Below are positions 31,741 through 32,000 of a stretch of DNA of 32,000 bases, piece by piece (the stretch's first letter is position 1; every line of letters begins with the position of its first letter). Below the pieces are notes generated by a model, which saw only the letters and a program-made list of their open reading frames with translations, was not told where the DNA came from and did no database searches. The position numbers were made by a program, and so were the translations under genes. Source of the DNA: Mycobacterium leprae TN (lineage in GTDB: Bacteria > Actinomycetota > Actinomycetes > Mycobacteriales > Mycobacteriaceae); contig NC_002677.1 in NCBI RefSeq assembly GCF_000195855.1, positions 2,010,001 to 2,042,000 of the forward strand, written 5' to 3'.

Positions 31741-32000
31741 TCGCTGGGTGGTGACTACTGGCGGTTGTGTTGAGGTTAATGTTAGCGCGGACTCGTTGTG
31801 GGGGTGGAGTAAAGGGTGGTGGGTCAGTGTATTGGCGGGTCGGTGCGTCAGGTCGCAAAGGTCGGTATCGATGCCGTGGTGATGCGGGTATGAGAGTCGT
31901 TTCGAGGTCTTGGTCTCACGCTGGGGTTGTACAGCGATTCTGTGGTAGGGCGTTGTCTTGTGGTTGATCATGGCCGCAGTGATCACATCAGTGCTGTGGT
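31741..32000. other. Strongly G+T-skewed non-coding segment running off the right edge; possibly the edge of a dispersed repeat
   Basis: My hand count over 31741..31980 is A32 C37 G100 T71. That is about 42% G against 15% C on the plus strand. The only ORFs are Gly/Trp/Val-rich on the plus strand or His/Pro/Thr-rich on the minus strand, and none resembles a known protein. Confidence 0.3.

Noticed and set aside
31795-31842. Possible G-quadruplex (ggggg...ggg...ggg...ggg)
   Set aside because: The last loop would be about 13 nt and there are only three tight G-runs. I noted it within the skewed-segment finding rather than as a separate feature.

Overview
I found no CRISPR array, intact mobile element, toxin-antitoxin pair, defence island or other candidate novel system; this is an ordinary core region. 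It is a high-GC actinobacterial housekeeping block with the gene order I recall for Mycobacterium tuberculosis Rv2968c-Rv2997. That order is VKOR/DsbA-like pair, lipN, aldo-keto reductase, recG, rpmB, ung, thiL, ddlA, gpsA, fbiD, ppk1, mutT1, hupB, leuD, leuC, IclR regulator, tRNA-Glu/tRNA-Gln, gltX, leuB, serA. About 20 intact genes are interleaved with at least 8 frameshifted or stop-riddled gene remnants. By my own coordinates, roughly 63% of the window is intact coding and roughly 25% is recognisable pseudogene. That pattern, plus a 200-aa HupB with a long Lys/Ala/Pro tail, suggests a reductively evolved mycobacterium of the M. leprae type. This is an inference, since no database search was possible. 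The points worth a second look all concern gene decay:
- An IclR regulator beside leuCD is killed by only two in-frame stops.
- A DUF1524/HNH-like exported protein keeps a misleading 214-codon ORF although its catalytic motif is out of frame.
- Dead upstream genes directly abut intact recG and an intact aldo-keto reductase.
- The gpsA-fbiD spacer is an unexplained 537 bp.
- The last ~260 nt of the window are strongly G+T-skewed and non-coding, and may be the edge of a dispersed repeat.
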